Source: Nitrospiraceae bacterium UBA6898 (GTDB lineage: Bacteria; Nitrospirota; Thermodesulfovibrionia; Thermodesulfovibrionales; UBA6898). From it: DNA of 42,454 nucleotides. The DNA is taken from assembly GCA_002448975.1 (NCBI GenBank), contig DKBO01000079.1:1-42454 (forward strand). Direction: 5' to 3'. Positions 9,058 through 18,204 of the stretch are shown in pieces. The notes under the pieces were generated by a model that saw only the letters and a list, made by a program, of their open reading frames with translations, was not told where the DNA came from and ran no database searches. Position numbers and translations under genes: made by a program. Numbering within the stretch: the stretch's first letter is position 1; the number at the start of each line of letters is the position of its first letter.

Positions 9058-10302
9058 CTATAACAGTTCCAATACCCTTTCAAGTATTACATCTACCCTG
9101 TTATGCCAGGTGTTTCTTCGTGCAACTTCTATCCTTTTCCTGCGCATGTCACTATCATTTTCCCGGAGGGCATCCCTGATATATTGCGAGTATTGGAACT
9201 TATCTGATGTAACATATATCAGTTCTGCGAAGCGGTCGGCAGGTGGCATAGGTGTAGCTACTATCGGCTTCCCTGTCGCCAGGTATTCATATATTTTTAT
9301 AGCATCAGCCCCCGCTGTCGTTCGATCATTGTTTTTGATGTTTATCAGCACGTCGCATTTTCTCATAATCTCGGCAGCCTCATAATGGCCTTTCGGGCCG
9401 AGGTAAGCCAGGTTATCATATTCGGCAGTCAGCATGTTGATATCCTTTAAGCATTCATCTGTCGCCCAGCCTATGAGCATAAAATTAACCTCAGTATTAT
9501 TGCGGATGATAAATTCCAACAACTCCATATCCACTTCTTTGTTCAATATCCCAATATACGCAATTGTTTTGCGATCATTTTTCTTATCATGAGCCTTCTG
9601 AAGCGTCTCTATATGATCGCCGCAATCAACTCCATTGGGAAGATAATCTATTTCTCGCTGTGCATAATCTCGGTATTCACTCATGTTGAATGACGGTGAC
9701 GTTGCAAATATCCAGTTGCAGTTCGGAAGTATTTTTTTGTAATTGTCAACAAGCTCCTTCTTTTTAGCCATATCTTCTGTCCTGCTGATATCATCATCCA
9801 CCAGATCAGCGATGAGAACATCATGGTTAATAGCTTCTATTGCGTCGGGCATAAATATTGACGGCGGATACGCAAACAGTATTTTTCTGCCCGATGAATG
9901 CTTGATAAACCTATTAAGCATTTTGTATTGCTGCCGTTTCACAAAATCATTAATTCCTACGAATACTGCGCTCCTCCCTACATAGACGAGAACAACACTA
10001 TAGACAAATAATTTATTCGACTTATCGACAGCGACAGGCCATAGAGAAACCCCTTTTTTAATTTGCCCTGCATATATCTTTTTTAATGCGCTGTTCTTTT
10101 CCTGGAGCCATCTCAGCATCAGGTAGATAATGCCCTTTATGCTGATATGCTCTATATGCAATACTCTTTCGACACTATCTCTTTTTGCAATATCCCGTGC
10201 AAAAGCCTCATGTCTGCGGTTATAAAGCCCCCAATCATTGAGTCGCCATATAAATATAAACTGGAGCTTATGGTCTGCTTTCATTTCGTCCGGCATCTTC
10301 AT
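9058..10302 (-). CDS. putative GT-B glycosyltransferase (TuaH-like)
   Basis: 414 aa. It has WGLYNRRHEAFARDIAKR at the N-terminus, ADLVDDD in the middle, and KIYEYLATGKPIVAT at the C-terminus. These resemble TuaH/GT4-like enzymes. The assignment is by motif only. Confidence 0.55.
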   Translation of the reverse strand: MKMPDEMKADHKLQFIFIWRLNDWGLYNRRHEAFARDIAKRDSVERVLHIEHISIKGIIYLMLRWLQEKNSALKKIYAGQIKKGVSLWPVAVDKSNKLFVYSVVLVYVGRSAVFVGINDFVKRQQYKMLNRFIKHSSGRKILFAYPPSIFMPDAIEAINHDVLIADLVDDDISRTEDMAKKKELVDNYKKILPNCNWIFATSPSFNMSEYRDYAQREIDYLPNGVDCGDHIETLQKAHDKKNDRKTIAYIGILNKEVDMELLEFIIRNNTEVNFMLIGWATDECLKDINMLTAEYDNLAYLGPKGHYEAAEIMRKCDVLINIKNNDRTTAGADAIKIYEYLATGKPIVATPMPPADRFAELIYVTSDKFQYSQYIRDALRENDSDMRRKRIEVARRNTWHNRVDVILERVLELL

Positions 10303-10502
10303 TATAAATGGCCGTCGCCATTATCAACGATAACTGTCCTGTATCTTCCCGAAGCGCAGAAAAGCGTGGATGCAGTCATAGCTGTAATGCCTAAATGTAC
10401 GGCAAAACCAGGGTCTGCAGCAATACGGATTATGAGGTCAAGATATGTCTTCATGAGGGGCAACCCCGCACTTTCGTAGATACCTTCCCTGAGATACAGC
10501 AT
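10302..10502 (-). CDS. hypothetical 66-aa ORF, possibly a relic
   Basis: This ORF fills the 215-nt gap between two glycosyltransferase genes. Its TAA overlaps the next ATG (TAATG), which suggests coupling. YESAGLPLMKTYL vaguely recalls a GT4 E-G-x-G-L-P block. There is no firm homology. Confidence 0.25.
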   Translation of the reverse strand: MLYLREGIYESAGLPLMKTYLDLIIRIAADPGFAVHLGITAMTASTLFCASGRYRTVIVDNGDGHL

Positions 10503-10517
10503 ACGATCTTAAAGATA

Positions 10518-11765
10518 TCAGACCCTGTCATTCACGTGCGCCATCTCTTCGTAATACTGTATCTGGCTGTCAATTAATCTGTCGGCGCCATAATTATCCT
10601 GAACGTGGAGGCGGCCGAAGGAACCAAATTGCGGCCATATTTCGCCGTGCTCCATGAAGTACAAAATTCTCTCTGCCAATGCCTCATAGTCGCCTTCGTC
10701 CACTAAGAAGCCATTCCTGCCGTCAATAATCTGATCCGGCAATCCGCTGTGCCTCGTTGCGATGACAGGCATTCCTGTTGCCAACGCCTGAGAAATGATT
10801 GTATTCATGTCCTCTTACTCCATGTCTCCGTTCCGGGCTGTCTTAGATGGTTGGACAAATACATGCATGCCCATAAAAAAAGTTATAATGGCTTCCATGT
10901 TCATAAAACCCTTATACTCTACAATGTCCTTTAATTTCAATTGATCTGTCAGGGCAAATAATTCATCCTTCATCACCCCGTCTCCAATGATGTAGCATTT
11001 GAAAGCTTTCTTGCTTTTTTCCTTTACGATAGCGAGTGCACGCAAAAGATCATCAAACCCTTTTTTCTCTACAAATCTGCCCACAGAGATAATGTTAACC
11101 GGCTCTCCATCATGAGGGGTTCTCTCTTTGTAAGGATAGGATTGCAGATCAATGCTTACCGGCAGAACTTTTATTTTATTTTTTTCGAAGCCCTGAGCAA
11201 CGAGTCTCTCCTTCATGTTATGAGACATTGCAAAAAACAAGGTCGATTCTTCTTTCAGTTCGGCGTAATAATCAGACCGGTTTTCATTAAATATGCGGCT
11301 TGCGTCATAACCATAGAATGTTGTTACTATTTTTTGTCTTAGTCCAAGAATTTTTTTTATGCTTAAATAATTATTAGCGACAGTGCCAAAATGGCAATGC
11401 GCTAAATCAAACTTTTTGTCAAGAAAGGGTTCGATCCAGAACAATAAGCTCAGTGATAATGCTTTCCGGCGATATCTTCTTATGTTAAATATCTTAAATA
11501 GCAGAAGGGGATGAGTAACGAAAACATGTGCTATTTTGGGAATTGCACTACGCAGTCTTGTAACAATGTTTTTGGGTGTATCAAGATAGTGAACGAGCTC
11601 TGCCATGTTATAGGTATGGTATCTCTGAGAAATATTTTCCTTGTCCCCTTTGTGAAAAGAATATATTTCAACCTCAATCCCTCTATCCATCAAGTCGGCC
11701 ACCTGGTTAATGACAAACGTCTCTGAGACAACGGGAAAACGATCTACGATAAAAGCAATCTTCAT
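10518..11765 (-). pseudogene. WcaL-like GT4 glycosyltransferase interrupted by an in-frame TAA
   Basis: ORFs 10815-11765 and 10518-10808 are in the same frame. Together they read ...FVQPSKTARNGDME, then TAA at 10815-10817, then EDMNTIISQALATGMPVIATRHSGLPDQIIDGRNGFLV. The stop therefore falls just before the GT4 E-x7-E motif. Confidence 0.75.
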
Positions 11766-11768
11766 TTT

Positions 11769-12875
11769 TTACTTGCGCGAATAAAATGACTTTATAGCCG
11801 CACAGACCTCGAGCACTTCCTCTTGCCGCATCTCGGGATAAAGCGGCAAAGATAATATGTCGGCCATTACCTTCGTCGTAACCGGCAGTCCATTGCCGCT
11901 CTCACAGAGGAATTTATACGCTGTCTGTTCAAAAATAGGTTTCGGATAATGAATGGCCGTCTCGATCCCTCTGTTTTTCAAGTAGTCCTTCAATGCATCA
12001 CGTCGTTCGCTCCGCACAACAAAAAGGTGCCATACAACGTCATGATCCTTATCGGAATGGGGTGGCAAGATCAGCGGCAATCCCTCAAGCTCGCTCAGAT
12101 ATAACATTGCCAGCACTTTTCTTTTTTCGTTCCATGCATCTAATTTATCCAAACCCCAATGCAATATCGCAGCCTGTATTTCATCCAGCCGGCTGTTAAC
12201 GCCCTCCCTCTCATTGTTGTATTTCGAAACCTCGCCGTAGTTTCTCAGTTGTCTGACTGCGTCCGCTGCCTCCTTGCTGTTGGTAGCTATCGCACCAGCA
12301 TCGCCAAAAGCACCCAAATTTTTTGTCGGGTAGAAGCTAAAGCACCCGATATCTCCCATCGTTCCGACCATTTTATTCTTATATGCCGCACCCTGCGCCT
12401 GGGCCGCATCTTCTAAAACTTTCAGTTTCTCTTTTTGGGCGATTTCCGTTATCCTTTCCATATTTGCCGGATACCCATACAAATGTACCGGCAAGATTAC
12501 CCTGGTTTTCAGCGTGATCTTCTTTTCTATTAATTCCGGATTTATAGTGAAATCTTCTTTGTCTATATCAACGAATACCGGAACCGCCCCCGCCATTCTG
12601 ATTGCGCTCACCGTCGGGGTTGCAGTATTCGCAACGGTAATGATCTCATCTCCGTGTTCAATGCCCAACGCTTTTAATGCCAAAAAGATTGCATCGGTTC
12701 CTGAATTGAGACCAACTGTGTAGCGGGCACCCACATATTCAGCAAACTTTGCCTCAAACATCTCGAGCTCTTTCCCCAAAATAAACCAGCCACTCTTCAG
12801 AACGCGCCCAATGACATCATCTATTTCCTGTTTGTAGAGTGCATACCGTCTTTTCAAATCTATAAACGGGACCAT
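11769..12875 (-). CDS. DegT/DnrJ/EryC1-family PLP-dependent sugar aminotransferase (FdtB/QdtB-like)
   Basis: 368 aa. It has FSFYPTKNLGAFGDAGA (the PLP-lysine block), the N-terminus LKSGWFILGKELEMFEAKFAEY, and DAAQAQGA. It is adjacent to an FdtA-like isomerase. Confidence 0.85.
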   Translation of the reverse strand: MVPFIDLKRRYALYKQEIDDVIGRVLKSGWFILGKELEMFEAKFAEYVGARYTVGLNSGTDAIFLALKALGIEHGDEIITVANTATPTVSAIRMAGAVPVFVDIDKEDFTINPELIEKKITLKTRVILPVHLYGYPANMERITEIAQKEKLKVLEDAAQAQGAAYKNKMVGTMGDIGCFSFYPTKNLGAFGDAGAIATNSKEAADAVRQLRNYGEVSKYNNEREGVNSRLDEIQAAILHWGLDKLDAWNEKRKVLAMLYLSELEGLPLILPPHSDKDHDVVWHLFVVRSERRDALKDYLKNRGIETAIHYPKPIFEQTAYKFLCESGNGLPVTTKVMADILSLPLYPEMRQEEVLEVCAAIKSFYSRK

Positions 12876-12876
12876 G

Positions 12877-13308
12877 TTATTTGTCCTCTTTTACATATTC
12901 CATGAACTGTTTATAGTCCCTGATATAGTCGCTTTTGTCATAATAATCATCAGCCAGGACGAGAATAACGCAATCCCGGGAAAATTTCGTCATGGTATGC
13001 CACAATTTCGGACCCAGACGTATTCCGTAATAGGGACTGTCAATGATGAAGTTCTGTTTCGTCTCCCCATCATCAAGCTGTAAACGAAAGGAGCCGCTTA
13101 AACAGAAGATGTACTGGTCTAACTTCTTATGTGCATGTTTGCCGCGCACCGCTTTCCGGTTTGACAAGTTTGTAATATAATAAATTCTCTTGATCTCGAA
13201 GGGGACACTTTTTCCGGCTTCGCCGATTACCAACGCACCGTCGGGAAAATCGTCATAAAATTGCAGTTTAATTATTCCGGAATGTTTTACTTTTATTTTT
13301 TTGTTCAT
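12877..13308 (-). CDS. FdtA/WxcM-like cupin (NDP-4-keto-6-deoxyhexose 3,4-ketoisomerase-like)
   Basis: 143 aa. PFEIKRIYYITNLSNRKAVRGKHAHKKLDQYIFCLSGSF matches the FdtA-domain His pair region. There is a 1-nt gap to the aminotransferase and a 4-nt overlap with the upstream GT2. Confidence 0.75.
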   Translation of the reverse strand: MNKKIKVKHSGIIKLQFYDDFPDGALVIGEAGKSVPFEIKRIYYITNLSNRKAVRGKHAHKKLDQYIFCLSGSFRLQLDDGETKQNFIIDSPYYGIRLGPKLWHTMTKFSRDCVILVLADDYYDKSDYIRDYKQFMEYVKEDK

Positions 13309-14300
13309 TCTAATGATTTTCCTTGCTCCCTGCTCCCTACCATCATTCTTTTTATTGACTGTAGCCCCTTATATAGAGGGGTATCGTTCAACATATTATA
13401 GACAGGCGAAAGGAAATGATGAGCCGAAGGAAGGTACCGGTAACGAAAACTCTGAAATACGACGCCGTATGCGATAACACGCTTTATCGGCGCTTTAACT
13501 GCCGAGGCTCGTCTATAATTCAGCTGTGCGAAGAATCGCCTGCCTTCTTTTTTTATCAGATGCTTATTTTCTTTTGAAGCCAGATCACACATCAAGTCCA
13601 ACAACATGTGAGAATCTTCACACCATTGTCCAACCTTGACAGAATACGTAATTTCGCCGGGATGGGTTCGAAAGCCCGCCTTGATATCAGCAACGTCCGC
13701 TCTTCCGAATTTTGCTGCCAGTCGGAGCTCGGCCATCACGTCCTGAAAAAGGTTATGCTTTGACTTGAAGCCACCAATCTCTCTTAGCCTCTTCGTATTA
13801 AATAACGTGCTGCAAAGATAGAAGGTTGTCTTATTTGTAAACCATCCCCTGAATAGTTCATCCGTTGTAAATCCGGAAGCCATATTGGGGCAGAGTCGTA
13901 TTGCCTGGCCTTCTGCATCGGTTACTCGCGTGCCCGTTCGTATAAGTCCAACACCGATTTTGTAGTCAGCCGCTTTCATGCAAACGTCTATAAAATCACT
14001 GTCAATCAGATCATCGTCATGCAGAAGTAAGAAATAGTCGCCTTGAGCCTTTTCGAGACAAAAATTGAAGTTATTGTTCGCCCCGATGTTGGTGCTCTGC
14101 CGGAAGTACCGTATGCGCGGGTCATGGAAGCCTTTGACGACCTCTTCGGTGTTATCCGAAGAACAGTTGTCCGAGATCACAACCTCCACCTCCTGATAGG
14201 TCTGGCCCAGTGCGCATTCGATAGCGTTCCGCAGATACCCGTTCGCCCTGTTATACGTAGGAATGGCGATTGTGACTAATGGAAGTGTTTTATCCGTCAT
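13305..14300 (-). CDS. GT2-family glycosyltransferase
   Basis: 331 aa with the motifs VTIAIPTYNRANGYLRNAIECALGQTY, VVISDNCSSDNT and LLLHDDD. Confidence 0.85.
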   Translation of the reverse strand: MTDKTLPLVTIAIPTYNRANGYLRNAIECALGQTYQEVEVVISDNCSSDNTEEVVKGFHDPRIRYFRQSTNIGANNNFNFCLEKAQGDYFLLLHDDDLIDSDFIDVCMKAADYKIGVGLIRTGTRVTDAEGQAIRLCPNMASGFTTDELFRGWFTNKTTFYLCSTLFNTKRLREIGGFKSKHNLFQDVMAELRLAAKFGRADVADIKAGFRTHPGEITYSVKVGQWCEDSHMLLDLMCDLASKENKHLIKKEGRRFFAQLNYRRASAVKAPIKRVIAYGVVFQSFRYRYLPSAHHFLSPVYNMLNDTPLYKGLQSIKRMMVGSREQGKSLE

Positions 14301-14333
14301 GACAGATCAGAGAATTGCGATGTCTGCCCTTCA

Positions 14334-14371
14334 AAGGACATGGGCCGGCGAAAAGGCCGGCCCATGTCCTT
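14334..14371 (-). terminator. strong stem-loop terminator candidate after the 1213-aa gene
   Basis: A perfect 16-bp stem, AAGGACATGGGCCGGC / GCCGGCCCATGTCCTT, with a 6-nt loop. On the minus strand it starts 13 nt after the stop codon (14384-14386). The trailing U-run on that strand is only 3 nt (CCUUUG). Confidence 0.65.
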
Positions 14372-14383
14372 CAGGCTTGCGTT

Positions 14384-17300
14384 CTATGGCTGAATCGAAA
14401 AGAACAAATCGCTGGTATCTTTGCCTATGGTCTTCCCTGTGGCATCTTTCAGGACCACCATGACCCGACATTTATTCTTTTGTTTCGGGACAGTCGGCAC
14501 AGTCCCACTAAAACTACCCGGATCACCATCAATTTTTTGTAGAGTTTTCCATGTAATTCCACCATTCTTCGTATATTTCAGGATCACTTTTGCTACTGAG
14601 CCCTGAACAGATGGGCTGGTCTGCCATGTGATTGTTAAGGGAGTTCCTGCCGTCAGTGTTTCTCCACCATTCGGCGTCGTCAGCCTGACTGTTCCTTCTA
14701 TCGTGAAGAGTTCTGATAGGACCTTTCCCACTTTCACACCCTGCGCCGTATAGGCTACGACCTTGATACGACAGCTCATCTTATCCTTCTTTTGCGGTGG
14801 GGTGGGCCAGTTATAGGCGCGTTCCAAAATATTTTTGTCGATCAGGTTCCATGTTGTTCCGCTGTCCATTGAATAGAGCAATTTAAACTTTACCGCTTCA
14901 GGCGGCGCAGTCCATTGAATACGGTATGTCTCGCCTGAAGGCATCTTTTCAGCAGGCTGCGGCGTTATGAACGAAAAATAGTCAATGGCAGCAAAATTCG
15001 CGGTAATGTTCTTGTCGCCGTTCATCGTCACTGCCAATGGATTTGCCGAGCCCGTGGCATCACCGCTCCAGCCGGTAAACGTATATCCCGCAGCAGGTGT
15101 TGCTGTCAGCTGTACGTTCGTGCCATCAGCGTACACCGACTGATCAGGATTCTTGGCGACCGTGCCGTTGACGGCATTGATATCCAGTGAGCGCGGGATG
15201 GCCGTAAAGTTGGCGGTAATGTCTTTATCGGCATTCATAGTGACGGTAAGAGGGTTTGCCGAGCCCGAGGCATCACCGCTCCAGTTGGTGAATGTATAAC
15301 CCGCATCAGGTGTTGCTGTCAGCTGTACGTCCGTGCCATAAACATAGGTTGCCTGATTTGGACTCTTTGCAACTGAACCATGGACTGCCGGGACATTCAG
15401 CGTATACAGGATGGCCGTAAAGGTCGCGGTAATGTTCTTGTTGTCGTTCATGGTAACCGTACGCGGATTTGTAGTGCCGGTGGCATCGCCACTCCAGCCG
15501 GCAAAGGTCGATCCGGCCGCAGGTGTGGCTGTCAGGGTCACATCGGTATCAGCGGTGTAATCCTCTGTGCAGTCACTCCCGCAGCTTATCCCTCCGTCAT
15601 TGCTCGCTATCGTACCGGTCCCGGTCCCCGATTTCGAAACCGTCAGTGTATAGTTGTTTATACAGTATCCCTTCAAAAGCAGCCCGTCGTTATAGTGCTG
15701 CAGGACTTCGTAGCCGGGCAGGGACCGATTATAGAAGGCGACCTCGTCAAGACTTCCGTGAAAAAGATATTCGCCTGCGAGATGTCCCATATTGATCACG
15801 GTCGCAGCATCAAAACCGGATGAGTAGGTGAAATCCTGTGAATCTGTCTGTTCTCCGTCAACATAAAGAATGTTTTGCCCGAAGACACCGTCACGAACTC
15901 CCACAACATGATGCCAAGTCCCGTCATTGATGGCGGGTCCTGTCAAAGAAGCCGCCGGGCCATCACCGGAATTGTCGAGCAGAAGAAATTTCGCCGAGCC
16001 GGTTTCATTGCAGCCCAGATACCACTGGAGCCCCGGAGATACACCTGCGTCACGCCCAATGACAACCTCGAAATTTCCATTACAGGTTTGGCCGGCCACC
16101 CCTTTCAGCCAGAACTCTATCGAGAAACTGTCGGTTGAACCCCAGTCAAATGTAGTATCAGCTGCCACGTTCACTTCATTATTTCCGTTGAACAGTTGTG
16201 CATTATTGACACGCCCGGTCGTAAGCGAAGGGCAACTCGTACAGGTCGCATCAATACCTCCATAAAAGTCTCTGTAAGGAGATGTGTCCTCTTCAAGCGT
16301 CCAATAGTGAGACATGCCTGAAGGACATACGAGCGCATTTAAGATAATACTCTGTATATCGCCCCCTATTACGTTCGTGGCCTGAATTTCAACAGCGAAA
16401 TTACCGCTTGATGGAGGTGTTCCTGTGACAAGGCCTGTGTTGGTGTCGATATTCAGCCAATTGGGGGCCTTTTTAAGGCTGTAAGCCGGCGCCGGTTTTC
16501 CCGTGGCGGCAACGTCATACCTGATTGACTGCCCCACTGCTGCAAGCGTTAAAGGAGTTGAAATGATCACGGGTGCAGCATCTCCACATACCGGCAAGAA
16601 CGTATTCAGTCCGTTAAACCATACATCAGCCATCTTCTCATAACCCGCTTGTGTCGGATGAAGGGCGTCTTCCATATTATCTGGATAGGTAAGGGCATGT
16701 TCCTGATCAACAATAATAATTTTATCGCCATTGGCAATGCGGTTTTGAGCCATGCTCACGACATTATTATTAAATGTCGTAATTGCCCCGATGGGAACTT
16801 GCTCATTTATTATGCGGGAAAGAATAACAGTCACTTCCGAACTTGTATCTGCCTCATACTGGTCGATCTCATCTAATATTGCTTCAACATAAGCGGCGCT
16901 CGTATTGCCGGTACCATCTACTTCGTTGGTGCCGATATGCAGCAAGAGAACCTCGGCAGGATGCGTTGTCAACCAGGTATAAACACTACTTGACACGAGA
17001 GCTGCGGTATACGCTCCGTGCCCCTCATGGTCGATATCAAATGAAGGGATCGCCAATGCCCCGGATTGCTGGCTCCCGACAAAATTCACAGGGTAGCCCA
17101 AATTACTCAAGTCCAGGTACAGTTTTTGACGATACCCGATTTTGTAGTTATCATTCGTTACTGAAGGCCGGTAACCGCTCGTGATTGAGTCGCCGATCGG
17201 CATGATTCTGACCGGATTGGTACAGTCGGCACAATAGCCCTGGCGCAGACCAACAGACCCATCCCTATAATGCTGCAGAATCTCGACCCCTGTTAATGCC

Positions 17301-18025
17301 CTATGGTATAAGGCCACCTCATCAATGCTTCCGTGAAAATAATATTCGTTTGCGAGATGTCCTATGTTAAGCGACGCTGAAGAGTCAAAACCGGATGTGT
17401 AGGTTGTCGCCTGCGACTGTACTTTCTGCCCGTCAACATAGAGAATGTTTTGTCCCAGTATCCCCTGGCGAACTCCCACAACATGATGCCACGTCCCGTC
17501 ATTGATGACCGGCCCTGTCAAAGACACTGTCGGGCCATTACCGGAATTGTCATGTAAACGAAATTTCGCCGCGCCGGAAGTGTTGCAGCCCAGCCACCAC
17601 TGGAGGCTCCCGTCATCACGGCCGATGGCAACCTCGGTGTTCGTAGAACAGGTTTGGCCGGCTACCCCTTTCATCCAGAACTCCACTGAGAAACTGTCGG
17701 TCAATCCCCAATTGAAGGTTGCATCAGCAGGGACATCGATTCCATCATCGATTCCATCAAAGAGCAGTGCATTCAGAATCCTACCGCCGGCAAAACCCGG
17801 GCATGCAGGATCGATGCAAGCCGCATCATGACTTCCGACGAAATCCGCAAATGTTGTACCTGCAGTCTCGTCAAGCGTCCAGTAGGAAGTCAAGTTCGGG
17901 GGACACGTTCCTGCTGCCTGCGCTTGTGTTGCCCCTGCCAAAATAAATCCAGCGAGAAGGAAGAAAAAAGCTAAAGCGATAAAAAAATGAATCGAATACG
18001 GTCTTGAACATCCGAGTTTTTTCAT
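14384..18025 (-). CDS. secreted multidomain protein: signal peptide, LamG, SGNH/GDSL esterase, Ig-like, LamG, 3x InlB-type B-repeats, 2x C-terminal beta domains
   Basis: 1213 aa with AAGGAGA 7 nt upstream of the ATG.
- Signal peptide: FFIALAFFFLLAGFILAGATQAQA
- LamG-type blocks, present twice: WTLDE...FDG..D...VPAD..F.WG.TDSFS.EFW.KG...DGTWHHVVGVR..GQNILYVDG
- SGNH blocks: IGDSITSGY, GHGAYT, HIGTNE, DALHPTQAGY
- Ig-like segment: GKPAPAYSLKKAPNWLNIDTNTGLVTGTP
- Repeats: three YTLTV/..ATPAAGYTFTGWSGDATG..NP..VTMN.DK.ITANF units
- C-terminal domains: YSMDSGTTW (Asp-box-like) and YTKNGGITW. Confidence 0.85.
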   Translation of the reverse strand: MKKLGCSRPYSIHFFIALAFFFLLAGFILAGATQAQAAGTCPPNLTSYWTLDETAGTTFADFVGSHDAACIDPACPGFAGGRILNALLFDGIDDGIDVPADATFNWGLTDSFSVEFWMKGVAGQTCSTNTEVAIGRDDGSLQWWLGCNTSGAAKFRLHDNSGNGPTVSLTGPVINDGTWHHVVGVRQGILGQNILYVDGQKVQSQATTYTSGFDSSASLNIGHLANEYYFHGSIDEVALYHRALTGVEILQHYRDGSVGLRQGYCADCTNPVRIMPIGDSITSGYRPSVTNDNYKIGYRQKLYLDLSNLGYPVNFVGSQQSGALAIPSFDIDHEGHGAYTAALVSSSVYTWLTTHPAEVLLLHIGTNEVDGTGNTSAAYVEAILDEIDQYEADTSSEVTVILSRIINEQVPIGAITTFNNNVVSMAQNRIANGDKIIIVDQEHALTYPDNMEDALHPTQAGYEKMADVWFNGLNTFLPVCGDAAPVIISTPLTLAAVGQSIRYDVAATGKPAPAYSLKKAPNWLNIDTNTGLVTGTPPSSGNFAVEIQATNVIGGDIQSIILNALVCPSGMSHYWTLEEDTSPYRDFYGGIDATCTSCPSLTTGRVNNAQLFNGNNEVNVAADTTFDWGSTDSFSIEFWLKGVAGQTCNGNFEVVIGRDAGVSPGLQWYLGCNETGSAKFLLLDNSGDGPAASLTGPAINDGTWHHVVGVRDGVFGQNILYVDGEQTDSQDFTYSSGFDAATVINMGHLAGEYLFHGSLDEVAFYNRSLPGYEVLQHYNDGLLLKGYCINNYTLTVSKSGTGTGTIASNDGGISCGSDCTEDYTADTDVTLTATPAAGSTFAGWSGDATGTTNPRTVTMNDNKNITATFTAILYTLNVPAVHGSVAKSPNQATYVYGTDVQLTATPDAGYTFTNWSGDASGSANPLTVTMNADKDITANFTAIPRSLDINAVNGTVAKNPDQSVYADGTNVQLTATPAAGYTFTGWSGDATGSANPLAVTMNGDKNITANFAAIDYFSFITPQPAEKMPSGETYRIQWTAPPEAVKFKLLYSMDSGTTWNLIDKNILERAYNWPTPPQKKDKMSCRIKVVAYTAQGVKVGKVLSELFTIEGTVRLTTPNGGETLTAGTPLTITWQTSPSVQGSVAKVILKYTKNGGITWKTLQKIDGDPGSFSGTVPTVPKQKNKCRVMVVLKDATGKTIGKDTSDLFFSIQP
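14984..15655 (-). repeat. three tandem ~70-80-codon InlB-B-type repeats inside the 1213-aa gene
   Basis: The nucleotide-level repeat is visible. For example, ggcatcaccgctccag(c/t)(c/t)ggt(a/g)aa(c/t)gtata(t/a)cccgca(g/t)caggtgttgctgtcagctgtacgt occurs near 15055 and 15275, with a more diverged third copy near 15485. These cover residues 791-1014. Confidence 0.85.
15665..16327 (-). repeat. LamG module copy 2 (dispersed intragenic duplication)
   Basis: Residues 567-787 parallel residues 44-263. The DNA near 15901-15975 (catgatgccaagtcccgtcattgatggcgggtcctgtcaaaga...) matches 17481-17555 (catgatgccacgtcccgtcattgatgaccggccctgtcaaaga...). Confidence 0.8.
17237..17896 (-). repeat. LamG module copy 1 (dispersed intragenic duplication)
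   Basis: Partner of 15665-16327. It shows the same order of conserved blocks at both protein and DNA level. Confidence 0.8.
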
Positions 18026-18188
18026 GATTTGTCTCCTTGTTATATAGAAATATCAGTCTGTCTGAGTCATTTCACTGGCAATCTGCACTGCTCCGCCTCC
18101 TCAGTTACATTCCCTGTAACGAGCAGGTCATCATGGAGACAATGTTTGACCATATAAAATACGGAAAAACCAAACTCTCTCTTGTGTG

Positions 18189-18204
18189 AGCAATTGGTAT
18201 GCCA
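18189..18204 (-). promoter_or_regulatory. sigma-54 (-24/-12) promoter candidate for the 1213-aa gene
   Basis: The minus strand reads TGGCATaccaaTTGCT, which has the exact GG-N10-GC spacing of the consensus TGGCAC-N5-TTGCW. It lies about 165 nt upstream of the ATG at 18025, in a 646-nt non-coding gap. A sigma-54 activator is encoded at 38452-39918. Confidence 0.6.
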
